Part shown: positions 29,233-41,935 of the stretch, piece after piece | Layout of the letters: every line of letters starts with the position of its first letter | How positions within the stretch are numbered: position 1 is the first letter of the stretch | Origin: an uncultured Candidatus Saccharibacteria bacterium | GTDB lineage: Bacteria > Patescibacteriota > Minisyncoccia > Minisyncoccales > CAYTKG01 | DNA length: 64,000 nucleotides | NCBI GenBank assembly: GCA_964387175.1 | Contig: CAYLVJ010000001.1 | Location: 602-64,601, forward strand | Direction: 5' to 3' | The notes under the pieces: generated by a model | What the model was told of the DNA's origin: nothing | Databases searched by the model: none | Seen by the model: only the letters and a program-made list of their open reading frames with translations | Position numbers and translations under genes: made by a program

Positions 29233-29825
29233 AAAACAAGAAAAACAAAGGATTTACTCTTATAGAGCTTATTATGGGAATAACAATCTTCCTTTTGGTT
29301 TTGGGAGGGCTGGTTGGTGTTTTTATCTACAGTCTCCGCTTGCAGAGGAAAATTTTAAAAAAACAACAGGTTTTGGCTGAGGTGGCCCTTTTTGACATGG
29401 AGTTTATGACCAAAAATTTGAGAATGGCTAAAAGACAAGAAGATGAAACGTGTCTTTCTCCGGATATTTTTTATGAAAGCATAAACGGAGGAGAGGGGAT
29501 TAAATTTTTAAATAAGCTTCAGGAAGAAGGAGACACTGCTCCCTGTCAAAGTCTTTTTTTGGCGGAGGAAAGTGGAAGGGGCGTTTTAAAATACTGTATG
29601 GATGAAGCTTGTGTTAATGACGGCGGCAGTTCTGCTTATTCGCTTACCTCGCCGGATATTGATGTTTTAGAACTTGATTTTTTAATCCAAGGGCAGGTAT
29701 CAGGTGATGAGCTTCAGCCCAAGGTAACGATTACTATCAAGTTCACCCACAAGGACTTTGACGAAGTTATTTTTCTTCAGACCACCGTTTCACAAAGAAA
29801 CTTAGATATAGATACTAGTTCTTAA
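29229..29825 (+). CDS. Minor pilin (PilW-like)
   Basis: KG|FTLIEL; C-terminal QPKVTI...LQTTVSQRN. Confidence 0.8.
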   Translation: MKNKKNKGFTLIELIMGITIFLLVLGGLVGVFIYSLRLQRKILKKQQVLAEVALFDMEFMTKNLRMAKRQEDETCLSPDIFYESINGGEGIKFLNKLQEEGDTAPCQSLFLAEESGRGVLKYCMDEACVNDGGSSAYSLTSPDIDVLELDFLIQGQVSGDELQPKVTITIKFTHKDFDEVIFLQTTVSQRNLDIDTSS

Positions 29826-29835
29826 ATTAGAAATA

Positions 29836-32277
<2,442 letters not shown>

Positions 32278-32278
<1 letters not shown>

Positions 32279-33378
32279 TGAAAAAAACTAAAAAACATTT
32301 AGAGAAAATAGATTGGGTGATTGTCTTTTCCGCTCTTTTTTTATCTTCTTTTGGAGCTTTGTCTATTTACAGTTCCTCTTTTTTTAGGGATGACTTTTTT
32401 AACTTCAAAAAACAAGTGATTTTTATTGCCCTGGGGGTTGTTCTAATGTTTTTGGTAAGTTTTTGTGACTGGCGGATGTTTAAAGATCAGTCTCATATTC
32501 TCTTGGGAATTTGGATTATTTTAGTCTTAAGTTTGTTTTTCCTTTTTATTCTTGGGCAGAAAACTAAGGGAGTGAAAGGGTGGTATCGTTTCGGTGCTAT
32601 TTCTTTTGATCCCGTTCCTTTTATGGAGATAGCTCTTATTCTTGTTTTGGCTAAGTATTTTTCAGAAAGGCATGTCGAGCTTTACAACTTTAAACATATA
32701 TTAATCTCTGGTTTTTACGCTTTTTTACCATTCCTGTTTGTTTTTTTTCAGCCGGATTTGGGATCGGCGGTGTCTTTCGGAGTGATTTGGCTTGGAATAC
32801 TTGTGGCCTCCGGCATTAAAATCAAGGACTTCTTATTTCTAATGGTTATCTTTTTAATAATTTCCGTTTTAGCATGGTCTTTTCTTTTAAGGCCTTATCA
32901 AAAAGAAAGGGTTTTCAACTTTCTTTTCCCAGAAGAGGATGTTTTGGGAGGAGGTTGGAGTCAGATGCAGTCTAAAATAGCAATAAGCACTGGAGGGTTG
33001 TGGGGAAAAGGTTTTAAAAAGGGTGAGCAGGTTCAAAGGGGATTTTTAACTCTTCCCCAGACCGATTTTATCTTTGCTTCCATTGCTCATGAATTCGGAT
33101 TGATGGGGGTGACCCTTCTTTTGGGCTTGATTTTGATTTTATGTTGGAGAATTGTTAAAGTGTGTTACGAGTCTCGTGGAAACTTTCCCCGTCTTTTTGC
33201 TTTAGGGCTGGCTATTTCCCTCTTCTTTCAAGCTTTTGTTCATGTCGGAATGAATCTTGGAATTTTACCTATTGTAGGTCTTCCCTTTCCTTTGGTCAGC
33301 TATGGAGGAAGTGGGATCATCGCTAAGTTTTTGGGGCTCGGTATTTTACAAAGCTTGGTAACTCATCCGGAAAAATGA
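32278..33378 (+). CDS. rodA: SEDS protein RodA/FtsW
   Basis: QPDLGS, TDFIF, SYGGS. Confidence 0.85.
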
Positions 33379-34388
33379 AAAAAATATTGACATTTTTTGT
33401 TTCTTTACTTTTGGGCCTTGTTTTTGTTCTAGGTCTTTTCAGGTACTTTGTAGCCTGGCAGGAACTTAAAGAGAGCATGGCTTCTTTTTATTTTTGGAAA
33501 TGGACTCTGGTTTTAGCAGTTTCTTTTTTAAGTCTTTTGGCTGCCTCTTTAAAGTGGCGGTCAATTCTTAAAAGTTTCGGGTCAACCGCTTCCTTTAAAA
33601 CTATTTTTGAAGCTCATTTTTCTGCTTTTGCAATTACCTATCTTATCCCCCCCGCTATTTTTTGGGCTGATTTTTTTAGAGCCCGGGCAGTGGAAGACGA
33701 AATATCTTTAACTAAAAGAATCGCCTCTGTTTTTTCAGACAGGATTTTGACTACCTTTTTTGACCTTCTTCTTATTTGTCTCGGTTCGTTTTTGTTTTTT
33801 AAAGAAGCGGATGGTTTTTTTGGTAAGTTCGGGCATATATATCTCGGCTTTTTGTTCTTTTTCGCTTTTATAATCTTTTTCGTTTTAATATTTCTTCTTT
33901 ATTCCAACCTTCTACAGAAAATGGGGGTATTGAAGCTCTTTTTAAACTCTTTTTCAAAAGAGAATAATATCGGGAGGGAAATAAAGCAAGAAATAATCAA
34001 CTTTTTTAAAAACAAAGGGGGTGGATTAAGAAAGGTGCTTGTTTTGGGACTTTTGCGAAGTTCTTTGATGGTTTTTCAATGTTTTTTAATCATTACCTTT
34101 TTGGGAAACCAGGTGGGTGTCTTGGAAAGCTTGGCTATTTTTGGTCCCACCACCGCCTCTTTAGAAACTCCCATTTCGGCGGACTTGGGAAGTCATGATT
34201 TAACTTCCGCCTTGGTTTTTAAAGGAATCGGTTTGACTAAAGGCAGCGGGGCGGCTTACGCTTTTATCTTTAGAGGAGCGAATTTAGCTCTTGTTTGTTT
34301 GGGATCCTTTTTTCTTGTTAAAATTGGCCTTAGCTCATTTCGAAAAAGAATAGTTTCTAAGGTGAAGAAGATATTTAATAATTTGTAA
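33375..34388 (+). CDS. Flippase-like (lysylphosphatidylglycerol synthase TM) membrane protein
   Basis: KWR, YLIP, SVFSDR, IFR pattern; multiple TMs. Confidence 0.65.
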   Translation: MKKILTFFVSLLLGLVFVLGLFRYFVAWQELKESMASFYFWKWTLVLAVSFLSLLAASLKWRSILKSFGSTASFKTIFEAHFSAFAITYLIPPAIFWADFFRARAVEDEISLTKRIASVFSDRILTTFFDLLLICLGSFLFFKEADGFFGKFGHIYLGFLFFFAFIIFFVLIFLLYSNLLQKMGVLKLFLNSFSKENNIGREIKQEIINFFKNKGGGLRKVLVLGLLRSSLMVFQCFLIITFLGNQVGVLESLAIFGPTTASLETPISADLGSHDLTSALVFKGIGLTKGSGAAYAFIFRGANLALVCLGSFFLVKIGLSSFRKRIVSKVKKIFNNL

Positions 34389-34389
34389 A

Positions 34390-36132
34390 ATGTCAAACCT
34401 ACGTCTTTCAAAAATTTTTAACGAGATAGCGGATTTTCTTGAAGCGGAGGAGGTGGATTTTAAACCCCGGGCTTACAGGAGAGCGGCCCGCAGCATTAAG
34501 GATTTAGATGTAGAGGTTGAAATAATTTATGAGGAAAAAGGAAAAGAGGGCCTTAAGGAAATACCGGATATAGGGGAAAGTATCGCTCAAAAAATTATTG
34601 AGTTTTTAGAAACGGGGGAGATTGAATATTTAAAAAACTTAAAAGAAAAAGCCCCTTTCAAGGTGGAGGAACTTACCAGGGTGGAAGGTTTAGGGCCTAA
34701 GGGTGCTAAAAAGCTTTTTAAAAAGCTTGACGTTAGAAGCCTCAAAGATCTTAAAAAAGCTGTTGAAAAAGGAGATATAGCTGAGCTTGAAGGGTTTGGA
34801 GAAAAAAGCCAAGAAAATATTGCTCAGGCTATTGAGTTTCTTGAACACTCCAAGGGTCGTTTTCTTTTGGGGGAGGTGTTGCCTCAGGTGGAAAGACTAA
34901 AGAAAAAAATGTCTCGCTTGAGTCAGATTTCAAAAATGGAGGTAGCCGGATCGGTGAGAAGAATGAAAAAAACCATTGGTGATGTGGACCTTTTGGTTGT
35001 GGTTCAGGGGGGAAAGAAAAGCAAAAAAGCACAAGAGGTGATGGAATTTTTTACTGGTATGCCGGAGGTGGTTAAGGTTTGGAGCAAAGGGTCTACACGT
35101 TCTTCGGTGCGGCTTCAAGAAGGAATCAACGTGGATCTAAGAATTGTTTCTCCTTCTTCTTTTGGGTCCGCCCTTCAATATTTCACGGGATCCAAGGAGC
35201 ACAATATCGCAGTTCGAGGAGTGGCAAAGAATAAAGGAATGAAACTAAACGAATACGGTCTTTTTAAAGATGAAAAAAATATTGCCGGAAAAAAAGAAGA
35301 AGAAATCTATGAAAAGTTGGGAATGTCTTATATCCCTCCCGAGCTCAGAGAAAACAGAGGAGAGGTGCAGTCAGGGCTTAAGGGTAATTTGCCGGATTTA
35401 ATTAAAAAACGAGATTTAAAAGGAGATCTTCACATGCACTCTGATTGGAATGGTGGAAAACATTCCATTTCCGAAATGGCAAAGGTCTTAAAATCAATGG
35501 GTTACAAATACGGAGGTATCTCAGATCACACTAAGTTTTTGAAGGTTGAAAACGGGTTGGACGAAGAAAAACTTTTAAGGCAGAAAAAAGAAATAAAAAG
35601 AATCAACCGCGGGTTTAAAAAGACGGGTTTTGTTCTGCTTCAAGGATGTGAGGCCAACATTCTAAAAGACGGTTCGTTGGACATGGGAAGAGAAATCCTT
35701 TCCGAGATGGATTATGTGATTGCGGGAGTTCACTCTCACTTTCACATGGGAAAAAAGGAAATTACGGATCGTTTAATCAAAGCTCTTCAAAATCCAGAGG
35801 TCAATATTATCTCACATCCTACGGGCCGTGTTTTAAAAAGAAGAAAGGAGTTTGACATTAATTGGGATAGATTTTTGGGGGCGGTTCAAAAAAACAAAGT
35901 TGCTTTGGAGATAAACTCCAGCGCGGCGAGACTTGACTTGGACGGGGAGATGGTAAAAAGAGTTAAAGAAACCGGGGTAAAAATGGTTATCGGATCTGAT
36001 TCTCACGCCAAGGTTCATCTTTCCGGGATACGTCTTGGAGTGGGGCAGGCAAGAAGAGGATGGGCGGAGAAAAAAGATATTATTAACTCTTGGGAGCTGG
36101 AAGATCTTTTGAGCTTTTTTTCAAAAACTTGA
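34390..36132 (+). CDS. polX: DNA polymerase X with PHP domain
   Basis: AGSVRR, GDVD, YFTGSKEHN, LHMHS, GSDSH. Confidence 0.95.
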   Translation: MSNLRLSKIFNEIADFLEAEEVDFKPRAYRRAARSIKDLDVEVEIIYEEKGKEGLKEIPDIGESIAQKIIEFLETGEIEYLKNLKEKAPFKVEELTRVEGLGPKGAKKLFKKLDVRSLKDLKKAVEKGDIAELEGFGEKSQENIAQAIEFLEHSKGRFLLGEVLPQVERLKKKMSRLSQISKMEVAGSVRRMKKTIGDVDLLVVVQGGKKSKKAQEVMEFFTGMPEVVKVWSKGSTRSSVRLQEGINVDLRIVSPSSFGSALQYFTGSKEHNIAVRGVAKNKGMKLNEYGLFKDEKNIAGKKEEEIYEKLGMSYIPPELRENRGEVQSGLKGNLPDLIKKRDLKGDLHMHSDWNGGKHSISEMAKVLKSMGYKYGGISDHTKFLKVENGLDEEKLLRQKKEIKRINRGFKKTGFVLLQGCEANILKDGSLDMGREILSEMDYVIAGVHSHFHMGKKEITDRLIKALQNPEVNIISHPTGRVLKRRKEFDINWDRFLGAVQKNKVALEINSSAARLDLDGEMVKRVKETGVKMVIGSDSHAKVHLSGIRLGVGQARRGWAEKKDIINSWELEDLLSFFSKT

Positions 36133-36136
36133 AAAT

Positions 36137-36161
36137 AAAAAAACCACCGTCGGTGGTTTTT
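36137..36161. terminator. Bidirectional intrinsic terminator
   Basis: AAAAAACCACCG-T-CGGTGGTTTTT between convergent polX and rplT. Confidence 0.7.
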
Positions 36162-36176
36162 GATTTTTATCCCTTC

Positions 36177-36527
36177 TTATTTTTCCTTTACTTCGTTGAC
36201 GATTTCTTCAAAAACTTTAGGGTTTTGAACTGCAAGTTCTGAGAGAACCTTGCGGTTCAAATTTACTCCCCCTTTTTTTAAAAGATGAATAAAGTGTGAG
36301 TAAGTTAATCCCATTTTACGCACGGCGGCGTTTATTCTTATCTGCCATAATCTTCGAAAGAACCTTTTTCTCGTCTTTCTGTCTCTGTAAGCGTAAGTTA
36401 AAGCTTTAAGCCGGGCTTGTTTAGCGGCTCTGTATTTTCTACTTCTTTGCCATTTGTAACCTTTAGCCTCTTTTATGAGGCCTTTTTTTCTTTTTCTTCT
36501 GGTTGAACTTTGAGTAGAGCGTGGCAT
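36177..36527 (-). CDS. rplT: 50S ribosomal protein L20
   Basis: YAYRDRK, LWQIRINAA, LNRKVLSELA. Confidence 0.97.
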   Translation of the reverse strand: MPRSTQSSTRRKRKKGLIKEAKGYKWQRSRKYRAAKQARLKALTYAYRDRKTRKRFFRRLWQIRINAAVRKMGLTYSHFIHLLKKGGVNLNRKVLSELAVQNPKVFEEIVNEVKEK

Positions 36528-36528
36528 A

Positions 36529-36723
36529 TCAACCTGTTTTAAGTAATCTTTTAATTATTTTGGCCTCTCCTTTTGAAACAGGAACCCATTTTCTTTGGCT
36601 TCTTTTTTTATCTCCTGATTTTTTAGCACGAAAATGGTTTTGCCCGCATGCGCGCCTTAAAACCTTGCCTGTTTTTGTTATTTTAAATCTTTTTTGCAGT
36701 GATTTTCTTGTTTTTCCGCTCAT
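36529..36723 (-). CDS. rpmI: 50S ribosomal protein L35
   Basis: KRFKITKTGK; located between infC and rplT. Confidence 0.93.
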   Translation of the reverse strand: MSGKTRKSLQKRFKITKTGKVLRRACGQNHFRAKKSGDKKRSQRKWVPVSKGEAKIIKRLLKTG

Positions 36724-37232
36724 GTTTCTTTTGAAATTATCGTTGCCAACCCTCCTCTTTCTTTTTTAATTTTTCTTTCTACTTTGATGGGAAGTTCCTT
36801 TTTAACCTTTTCTAAGAAATGATTTATCTTTTTTCTAGCGTGGTCTTTTAAAGCGTTCTCTCTACCTCTCAAGCTTAGAAGAACTCTTACTTTGTAGTTT
36901 TTGTTTAGGAATTCAATTGTTTTTCTCTTTCGTGTTTCAAGGTCGTGTTCCGAGATGTTGAAAGTCAATCTGATTCCCTTTATTTCCCCGGCCTTGCTTT
37001 TTGCTTTTCCCGCCTGCTCCTTTTTCTTTTGTTCGTAAAGATATTTTCCGTAGTCAAGGATCTTGCAGACCGGCGGATCGGTTTGTGTTATTTCTACTAA
37101 GTCCAAACCCCGCTCCTCGGCTTTTTCAAGCGCTTCTTTGGTGGGAACCACTCCTATGTGTTCCCCCTTGTCTATTAGGCGCACCTTATCAGCCCTTATC
37201 TTTTTGTTTTTTCTTGGTTTGGCGATATTAAT
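36720..37232 (-). CDS. infC: Translation initiation factor IF-3 (non-canonical ATT/ATC start)
   Basis: VRLID, GLDLVEI, PPVCKILDYGK, RGRE; no ATG available downstream of tmRNA; in-frame ATT at 37232 and ATC at 37226. Confidence 0.9.
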   Translation of the reverse strand: MNIAKPRKNKKIRADKVRLIDKGEHIGVVPTKEALEKAEERGLDLVEITQTDPPVCKILDYGKYLYEQKKKEQAGKAKSKAGEIKGIRLTFNISEHDLETRKRKTIEFLNKNYKVRVLLSLRGRENALKDHARKKINHFLEKVKKELPIKVERKIKKERGGLATIISKET

Positions 37233-37244
37233 AAAATTAAGTTG

Positions 37245-37591
37245 TGGAGATGGGGAGATTGAACTCCCGTCCAAAACTTCCGCGAGCGTGTTTCTACAAG
37301 CTTAGTCCATTTGTTTTTTTCAAGAAACCGAGTAGTAAATGGACAAAATCTTCGATTTCTTTATCCCTTTTGTTTCGAAAGACTTGTTGGGAAGACAAAC
37401 CTTTCTATCTCAATATATGATACCGGATCTTGACTATTGAGAATCGTCAAGGCGGCACTACCCTTAAGCGTAAGCTAGGGCAGGTTCGAAATCAAAGTTG
37501 GCATTTGTTTGCCTTCCAGGTTTTTGATCAGTTTCCTGGGAACTGAGCTTGCGGCATTCTCACAATAAGTTTTGTCGATGCATGCATCCCC
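37245..37591 (-). ncRNA. ssrA: tmRNA, tag (A)ANFDFEPALAYA
   Basis: 5' GGGGATG / 3' CATCTCCA tRNA-Ala-like acceptor, T-arm GGGAGTTCAATCTCCC, tag ORF 37502-37464; adjacent to smpB. Confidence 0.93.
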
Positions 37592-37608
37592 ATTGTTAAA
37601 CAACAAAA

Positions 37609-38058
37609 CTAACGACGCTTTTTTAGTTCGCGTCTTATCTCTCTTTTGGCCTGTCTTTTTCTTATTGCCTCTCTTTTGTCGTATTGTCTTTTTCCTTTAG
37701 CCAGTCCTATCTTTACTTTTATCAGGCCACTTTTAGTATATACCTTCAAGGGTACTAAAGTCAACCCCTTTTGGCTTGTTTTACCGATTAAACGGCGGAT
37801 CTGTCTTTTTTTCAAAAGAAGCTTTCTTTTTCTTTGGGGGTCATAGTTTCGGGGAGCGTTGGCGGGTTGATAAGGAGGGATGTTTGCTCCCAGGAGCCAA
37901 ACTTCTTCGTCTTTGGTTTTCGCGTAACTCCCCTTTATCGATATCCTTCCCTTTTTGGCTGCTTTCACCTCCTGACCGGTTAAAACTATCCCTGCCTCTA
38001 AGGTTTCAAGGATATTGTATTCGTGATAAGCTTTTTTGTTTTTGGCTAAAACTGGCAT
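37609..38058 (-). CDS. smpB: SsrA-binding protein
   Basis: NKKAYHEY, EAGIVLTGQEVK, LAKGKRQYDKR. Confidence 0.97.
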   Translation of the reverse strand: MPVLAKNKKAYHEYNILETLEAGIVLTGQEVKAAKKGRISIKGSYAKTKDEEVWLLGANIPPYQPANAPRNYDPQRKRKLLLKKRQIRRLIGKTSQKGLTLVPLKVYTKSGLIKVKIGLAKGKRQYDKREAIRKRQAKREIRRELKKRR

Positions 38059-38158
38059 TTGTTTAATCTTAACAGATTGTACGCAGTGTGCAAACGGTGT
38101 TGATTTTTAATGGATGTTGAGTTAAAATGAAGATAATTAACAAACTAAATTTGAAAAC

Positions 38159-38443
38159 ATGCTTGCTAAATTTCCAATTGACTTAAAAAAGGTAAAAAAA
38201 GAGGATATAGACAAGGAAATACTAAGAGTCGGCCTCATTGCCGAACTGGATGCTATAAATCTTTATGAGCAGCTGGCTGCCGAAACGGACGACCCCCAGC
38301 TTAAAAGAGTTCTTTTAGACGTTGCCAAAGAAGAAAAGGAACACGTCGGTGAATTCCAGGCCCTTCTTTTGAAAAGAGACCCGGAACAGTTGGAGGAAAT
38401 GGAAGAAGGAAAAAAAGAAGTTGAAGAAATTATTAACGAATAA
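38159..38443 (+). CDS. Short ferritin-like protein (encapsulated-ferritin type)
   Basis: IAELDAINLYEQ and EEKEHVGEF ferroxidase motifs. Confidence 0.85.
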   Translation: MLAKFPIDLKKVKKEDIDKEILRVGLIAELDAINLYEQLAAETDDPQLKRVLLDVAKEEKEHVGEFQALLLKRDPEQLEEMEEGKKEVEEIINE

Positions 38444-38516
38444 CCCTGCTTTTTAACTAAAGTAGGGTGGTTACAAAAGGGGCCTGGCCCCTTTTGTTTG
38501 TATAAACAAATAAAAT

Positions 38517-41426
38517 ATGAAGTTTAAAAAACTCGAAAAAAGAGTTGATTTCCCGGAACTTGAAGGAAAGGTTCTAAAATATTGGAAAGAAAACGATGTT
38601 TTAAAAAAATATCTTCGAAAAAATGAAGATAAAAGTAAGAGGTTTTCCTTTTTCGACGGCCCCATAACGGCTAATAATCCTATGGGGGTTCACCACGCCC
38701 GGGGGAGAAGTTTTAAAGACCTTATTCAGCGCTTTAAGAATATGCAGGGCTACAAGCAGCGCTTCCAAAACGGGTTTGACTGTCAAGGTTTGTGGGTTGA
38801 AGTGGAGGTTGAAAAATCTCTTGGGTTTAACACGAAAAAAGATATTGAGGATTACGGTTTAGGGAAGTTCACCCAAAAATGCAAAGAAAGAGTAAGAAGG
38901 TTCGCCAAAAAGATAACCGATCAGTCAAAAAGACTGGGCTACTTTATGGATTGGGACAACTCTTATTTCACCTTTTCCGAAAGAAACAATCTTCATATTT
39001 GGCATTTTTTAAAGAAATGTTACGAAAAGGGATTGATTTACAAAAGTCACTCGGCGGTTGCTTGGTGTCCCAGGTGTGAAACCGGACTTTCCAAACACGA
39101 ACAAGCCGACGGCTACAAAATGATTACCGACCTTTCCTTATACATCAAGTTTCCTCTGAAAGACAGAGAAGATGAGTATCTTTTAGCTTGGACCACTACT
39201 CCTTGGACCTTGACCGCCAATGTTTTGCTGGCTGTAAATCCCGAGTTTCAATACGTAAAATCTAAAAAGGAAGGAGAAACTCTTTATCTAGCTGAAGAGT
39301 CGGCTAAAAGGCTAAACCTTGATTATGAAAAAATTGACGGAGAAAAACTTGTCGGCTTGAAATATGAATCTCTTTTCCCTCATCTTCCGGCCGGAGGAGA
39401 AGTTGATCACTTTGTTGTCGAGTGGAAAGAGGTTGATCCTAGTGAAGGGACGGGGGTAGTTCATATTGCTCCCGGCTGCGGAGAGGAGGACTTCGAACTG
39501 GGGAAAGAAGTTGGTGTTCCTGCTTTTTCTCCCATTGACGAAAAGGGTGAGTTTAAAAGTGACTGGGGAGAGTTTGCGGGGGAGAACGCCCACGAAGTGA
39601 AAGAAAAAGTGATAAGTTTTTTAAAGAAGAAAAACCTTCTTTTTAAAACGGAAAACATTACCCACTCCTATCCTCACTGCTGGAGGTGTAAAACCAAATG
39701 TCTTTTTCGCCTTGAAGACAACTGGTTTATTGATTGTCAGAAGATAAAAGGGAGGTTGAAAGAAAAGATGAAAGATGCAAACTGGATTCCTTCTTATGTT
39801 GAAAGAAGAATGGAAGATTGGCTGGAAAATATGGGCGACTGGATGATCTCCAGGAGGCGTTTTTACGGATTATCCCTTCCTTTTTATGAATGCGGAGAAT
39901 GCGGGGGGTTGACGGTTGTAGGAAGCAAAGAAGAGCTGTCTGAACTGGCGGTTAACCCGGAAAGGGTTGACACCTTGCCCAGCCTTCACCGTCCCTGGAT
40001 AGACGAGGTGGAGGTAAAATGTCCGGAATGCGGGAAGTTGGTAAAAAGGATAGAAGAGGTCGGTGACTGCTGGTTGGACGCAGGAGTCGTTCCTTTTTCT
40101 ACCCTTGATTATCTTTCTAACAAAGCTTATTGGAAAAAATGGTTTCCGGCTGATTTCATTTCAGAGATGATAGAGCAGGTTAGGTTGTGGTATTATTCCA
40201 TGCTTGTTTACGGGGTGGTTTTGGAAGATGAGGTTCCTTACAAAAATGTAGTAAGTTATGACGAGGTGAGAGACGAAGAAGGGGAGGCGATGAGTAAAAG
40301 TAAAGGAAATGGAATTCCTTACGATGAGGCGGTGGAGAATATGGGGGCGGATGTGATGCGCTGGATATATTTTTCTAAAAACCCGAACGCTCCGGTTAAT
40401 TTCGGATACAAACTGGCTGAAAAAGTAAAAAGAGGATTTCTTTTTACTCTCTGGAATTGTTACAAGTTCTTTTTAGAATACGCGAGTTTAGAAGTGGGGG
40501 GAGAGATCGATCTTGAAGGATTGGAGCAAAAAACAGTGCTTGACCGATGGATCGTTTCTCGTCTCAACAAGCTTAAAAAAGAAGTCACAGAATCTTTAGA
40601 AGAATTCAGCCCCGCTCCAGCAGTAAGAGCCATAGAAGATTTTGTACTTAAAGATCTTTCTACTTGGTATATCAGAAGGTCAAGAGACAGGATTGGTCCT
40701 TCAGCAGAAGACGGTGAGGACAAGAAAAACTGTTATTTAACCTTTTATCTTGTTTTAACGGAGGTTGCTAAGACTTTAGCTCCTTTCCTTCCATTTTTAA
40801 GTGAAAAACTTTCACATAGTTTAGGCTATGAGAACTCTGTCCATCTGGAGGATTGGCCCTCTTTTAAGAGGGAGAAAATAGATGAAGAGGTGGAGGAAAA
40901 AATGGAGATGGTGCGGGAAGTCTGCAGTCTGGCCCACCGGGCGAGAAGAAAAGCGGGGATAAAAACAAGGCAGGCTTTAAAAGAGATGCAGGTTAAAACA
41001 TTGAAAAGTAAACTAGAAGAAGGTTTTACCACTCTTATCAAAGACGAGGTGAACGTTGAAGAAGTCTACTTTGTTGAAAACTTCCGTAAGCTTGAAAAAG
41101 AAGAACGGGTGAAAGGGGAAAGAATAGAAGTGTCTTTGGAAACCGAAATTACTCCTCGTCTTAAAAGAAAGGGGGTGTTAAGAGAGGTGGTGCGCCGGGT
41201 GCAGTTTATGAGAAAAAAAAGCGGTTTAAAACCTTCAGATACGATTCAAATCTACTACAACGGTAGTTCAAAGCTGGAAAGAATGATAGAGGAAGAAAAA
41301 AAAGAACTAAAAAAGGAAACTATTGCTTCTTCCGTTGATAAAGAAGCAGAAGAAAAGGAGGGTGTGATGTGGAGGGAATACGAGATAAAGTCCATGAAAA
41401 TTAAACTGGGGATTAAAAAGATATGA
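38517..41426 (+). CDS. ileS: Isoleucyl-tRNA synthetase, type 2
   Basis: DGPITAN..GVHH, WTTTPWTL, HSYPHCWRC, DWMISR, AMSKS. Confidence 0.95.
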   Translation: MKFKKLEKRVDFPELEGKVLKYWKENDVLKKYLRKNEDKSKRFSFFDGPITANNPMGVHHARGRSFKDLIQRFKNMQGYKQRFQNGFDCQGLWVEVEVEKSLGFNTKKDIEDYGLGKFTQKCKERVRRFAKKITDQSKRLGYFMDWDNSYFTFSERNNLHIWHFLKKCYEKGLIYKSHSAVAWCPRCETGLSKHEQADGYKMITDLSLYIKFPLKDREDEYLLAWTTTPWTLTANVLLAVNPEFQYVKSKKEGETLYLAEESAKRLNLDYEKIDGEKLVGLKYESLFPHLPAGGEVDHFVVEWKEVDPSEGTGVVHIAPGCGEEDFELGKEVGVPAFSPIDEKGEFKSDWGEFAGENAHEVKEKVISFLKKKNLLFKTENITHSYPHCWRCKTKCLFRLEDNWFIDCQKIKGRLKEKMKDANWIPSYVERRMEDWLENMGDWMISRRRFYGLSLPFYECGECGGLTVVGSKEELSELAVNPERVDTLPSLHRPWIDEVEVKCPECGKLVKRIEEVGDCWLDAGVVPFSTLDYLSNKAYWKKWFPADFISEMIEQVRLWYYSMLVYGVVLEDEVPYKNVVSYDEVRDEEGEAMSKSKGNGIPYDEAVENMGADVMRWIYFSKNPNAPVNFGYKLAEKVKRGFLFTLWNCYKFFLEYASLEVGGEIDLEGLEQKTVLDRWIVSRLNKLKKEVTESLEEFSPAPAVRAIEDFVLKDLSTWYIRRSRDRIGPSAEDGEDKKNCYLTFYLVLTEVAKTLAPFLPFLSEKLSHSLGYENSVHLEDWPSFKREKIDEEVEEKMEMVREVCSLAHRARRKAGIKTRQALKEMQVKTLKSKLEEGFTTLIKDEVNVEEVYFVENFRKLEKEERVKGERIEVSLETEITPRLKRKGVLREVVRRVQFMRKKSGLKPSDTIQIYYNGSSKLERMIEEEKKELKKETIASSVDKEAEEKEGVMWREYEIKSMKIKLGIKKI

Positions 41427-41935
41427 AGATTGTTTTTTTGTCCGACACCCACGACAACCTTCCCAATTTCAAAAAGGTGGTTGGTTGGGCTGAAAAAAAG
41501 AGAATAAAAACCATTATTCACTGCGGGGACGTTTCTTCACCTACTACTTGGAAAAAGGCGCTGGAAGATTTTAACGGTAAGGCCTTTGTTTCTTTGGGTA
41601 ATGCGGACGAAGGTTTTAACTGGGAAAGAGAAAAAAGACGGGATCCGGATCTAGGGGAATCTGTTTTTACTTCTTACGGTAAGATCAAGTTGGGCGGGGT
41701 GAGGGTTGGTTTTTGTCACCTCCCAAGGAAAGCTCGAGAGCTAGTGAGGGATGAAAACTTTGACGTTTTTTTTTACGGGCATACTCACAAACCGTGGGAA
41801 GAAAAACAATCCGAAACATTGATGCTTAACCCGGGCAATGTAGCGGGGATAAAGTATCAGCCGACTTTCGGCGTTTACGACACCCAAAAAAAGAAGGCGG
41901 AGCTTAAAATTCTCCGTCAGCTGAAAGATGTTTAA
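41423..41935 (+). CDS. YfcE-like metallophosphoesterase
   Basis: SDTHDN, HCGD, GNAD, GHTH, NPG. Confidence 0.9.
   Translation: MKIVFLSDTHDNLPNFKKVVGWAEKKRIKTIIHCGDVSSPTTWKKALEDFNGKAFVSLGNADEGFNWEREKRRDPDLGESVFTSYGKIKLGGVRVGFCHLPRKARELVRDENFDVFFYGHTHKPWEEKQSETLMLNPGNVAGIKYQPTFGVYDTQKKKAELKILRQLKDV

Noticed and set aside
37233-37274. TTG-started extension of infC
   Set aside because: Overlaps the tmRNA 3' end
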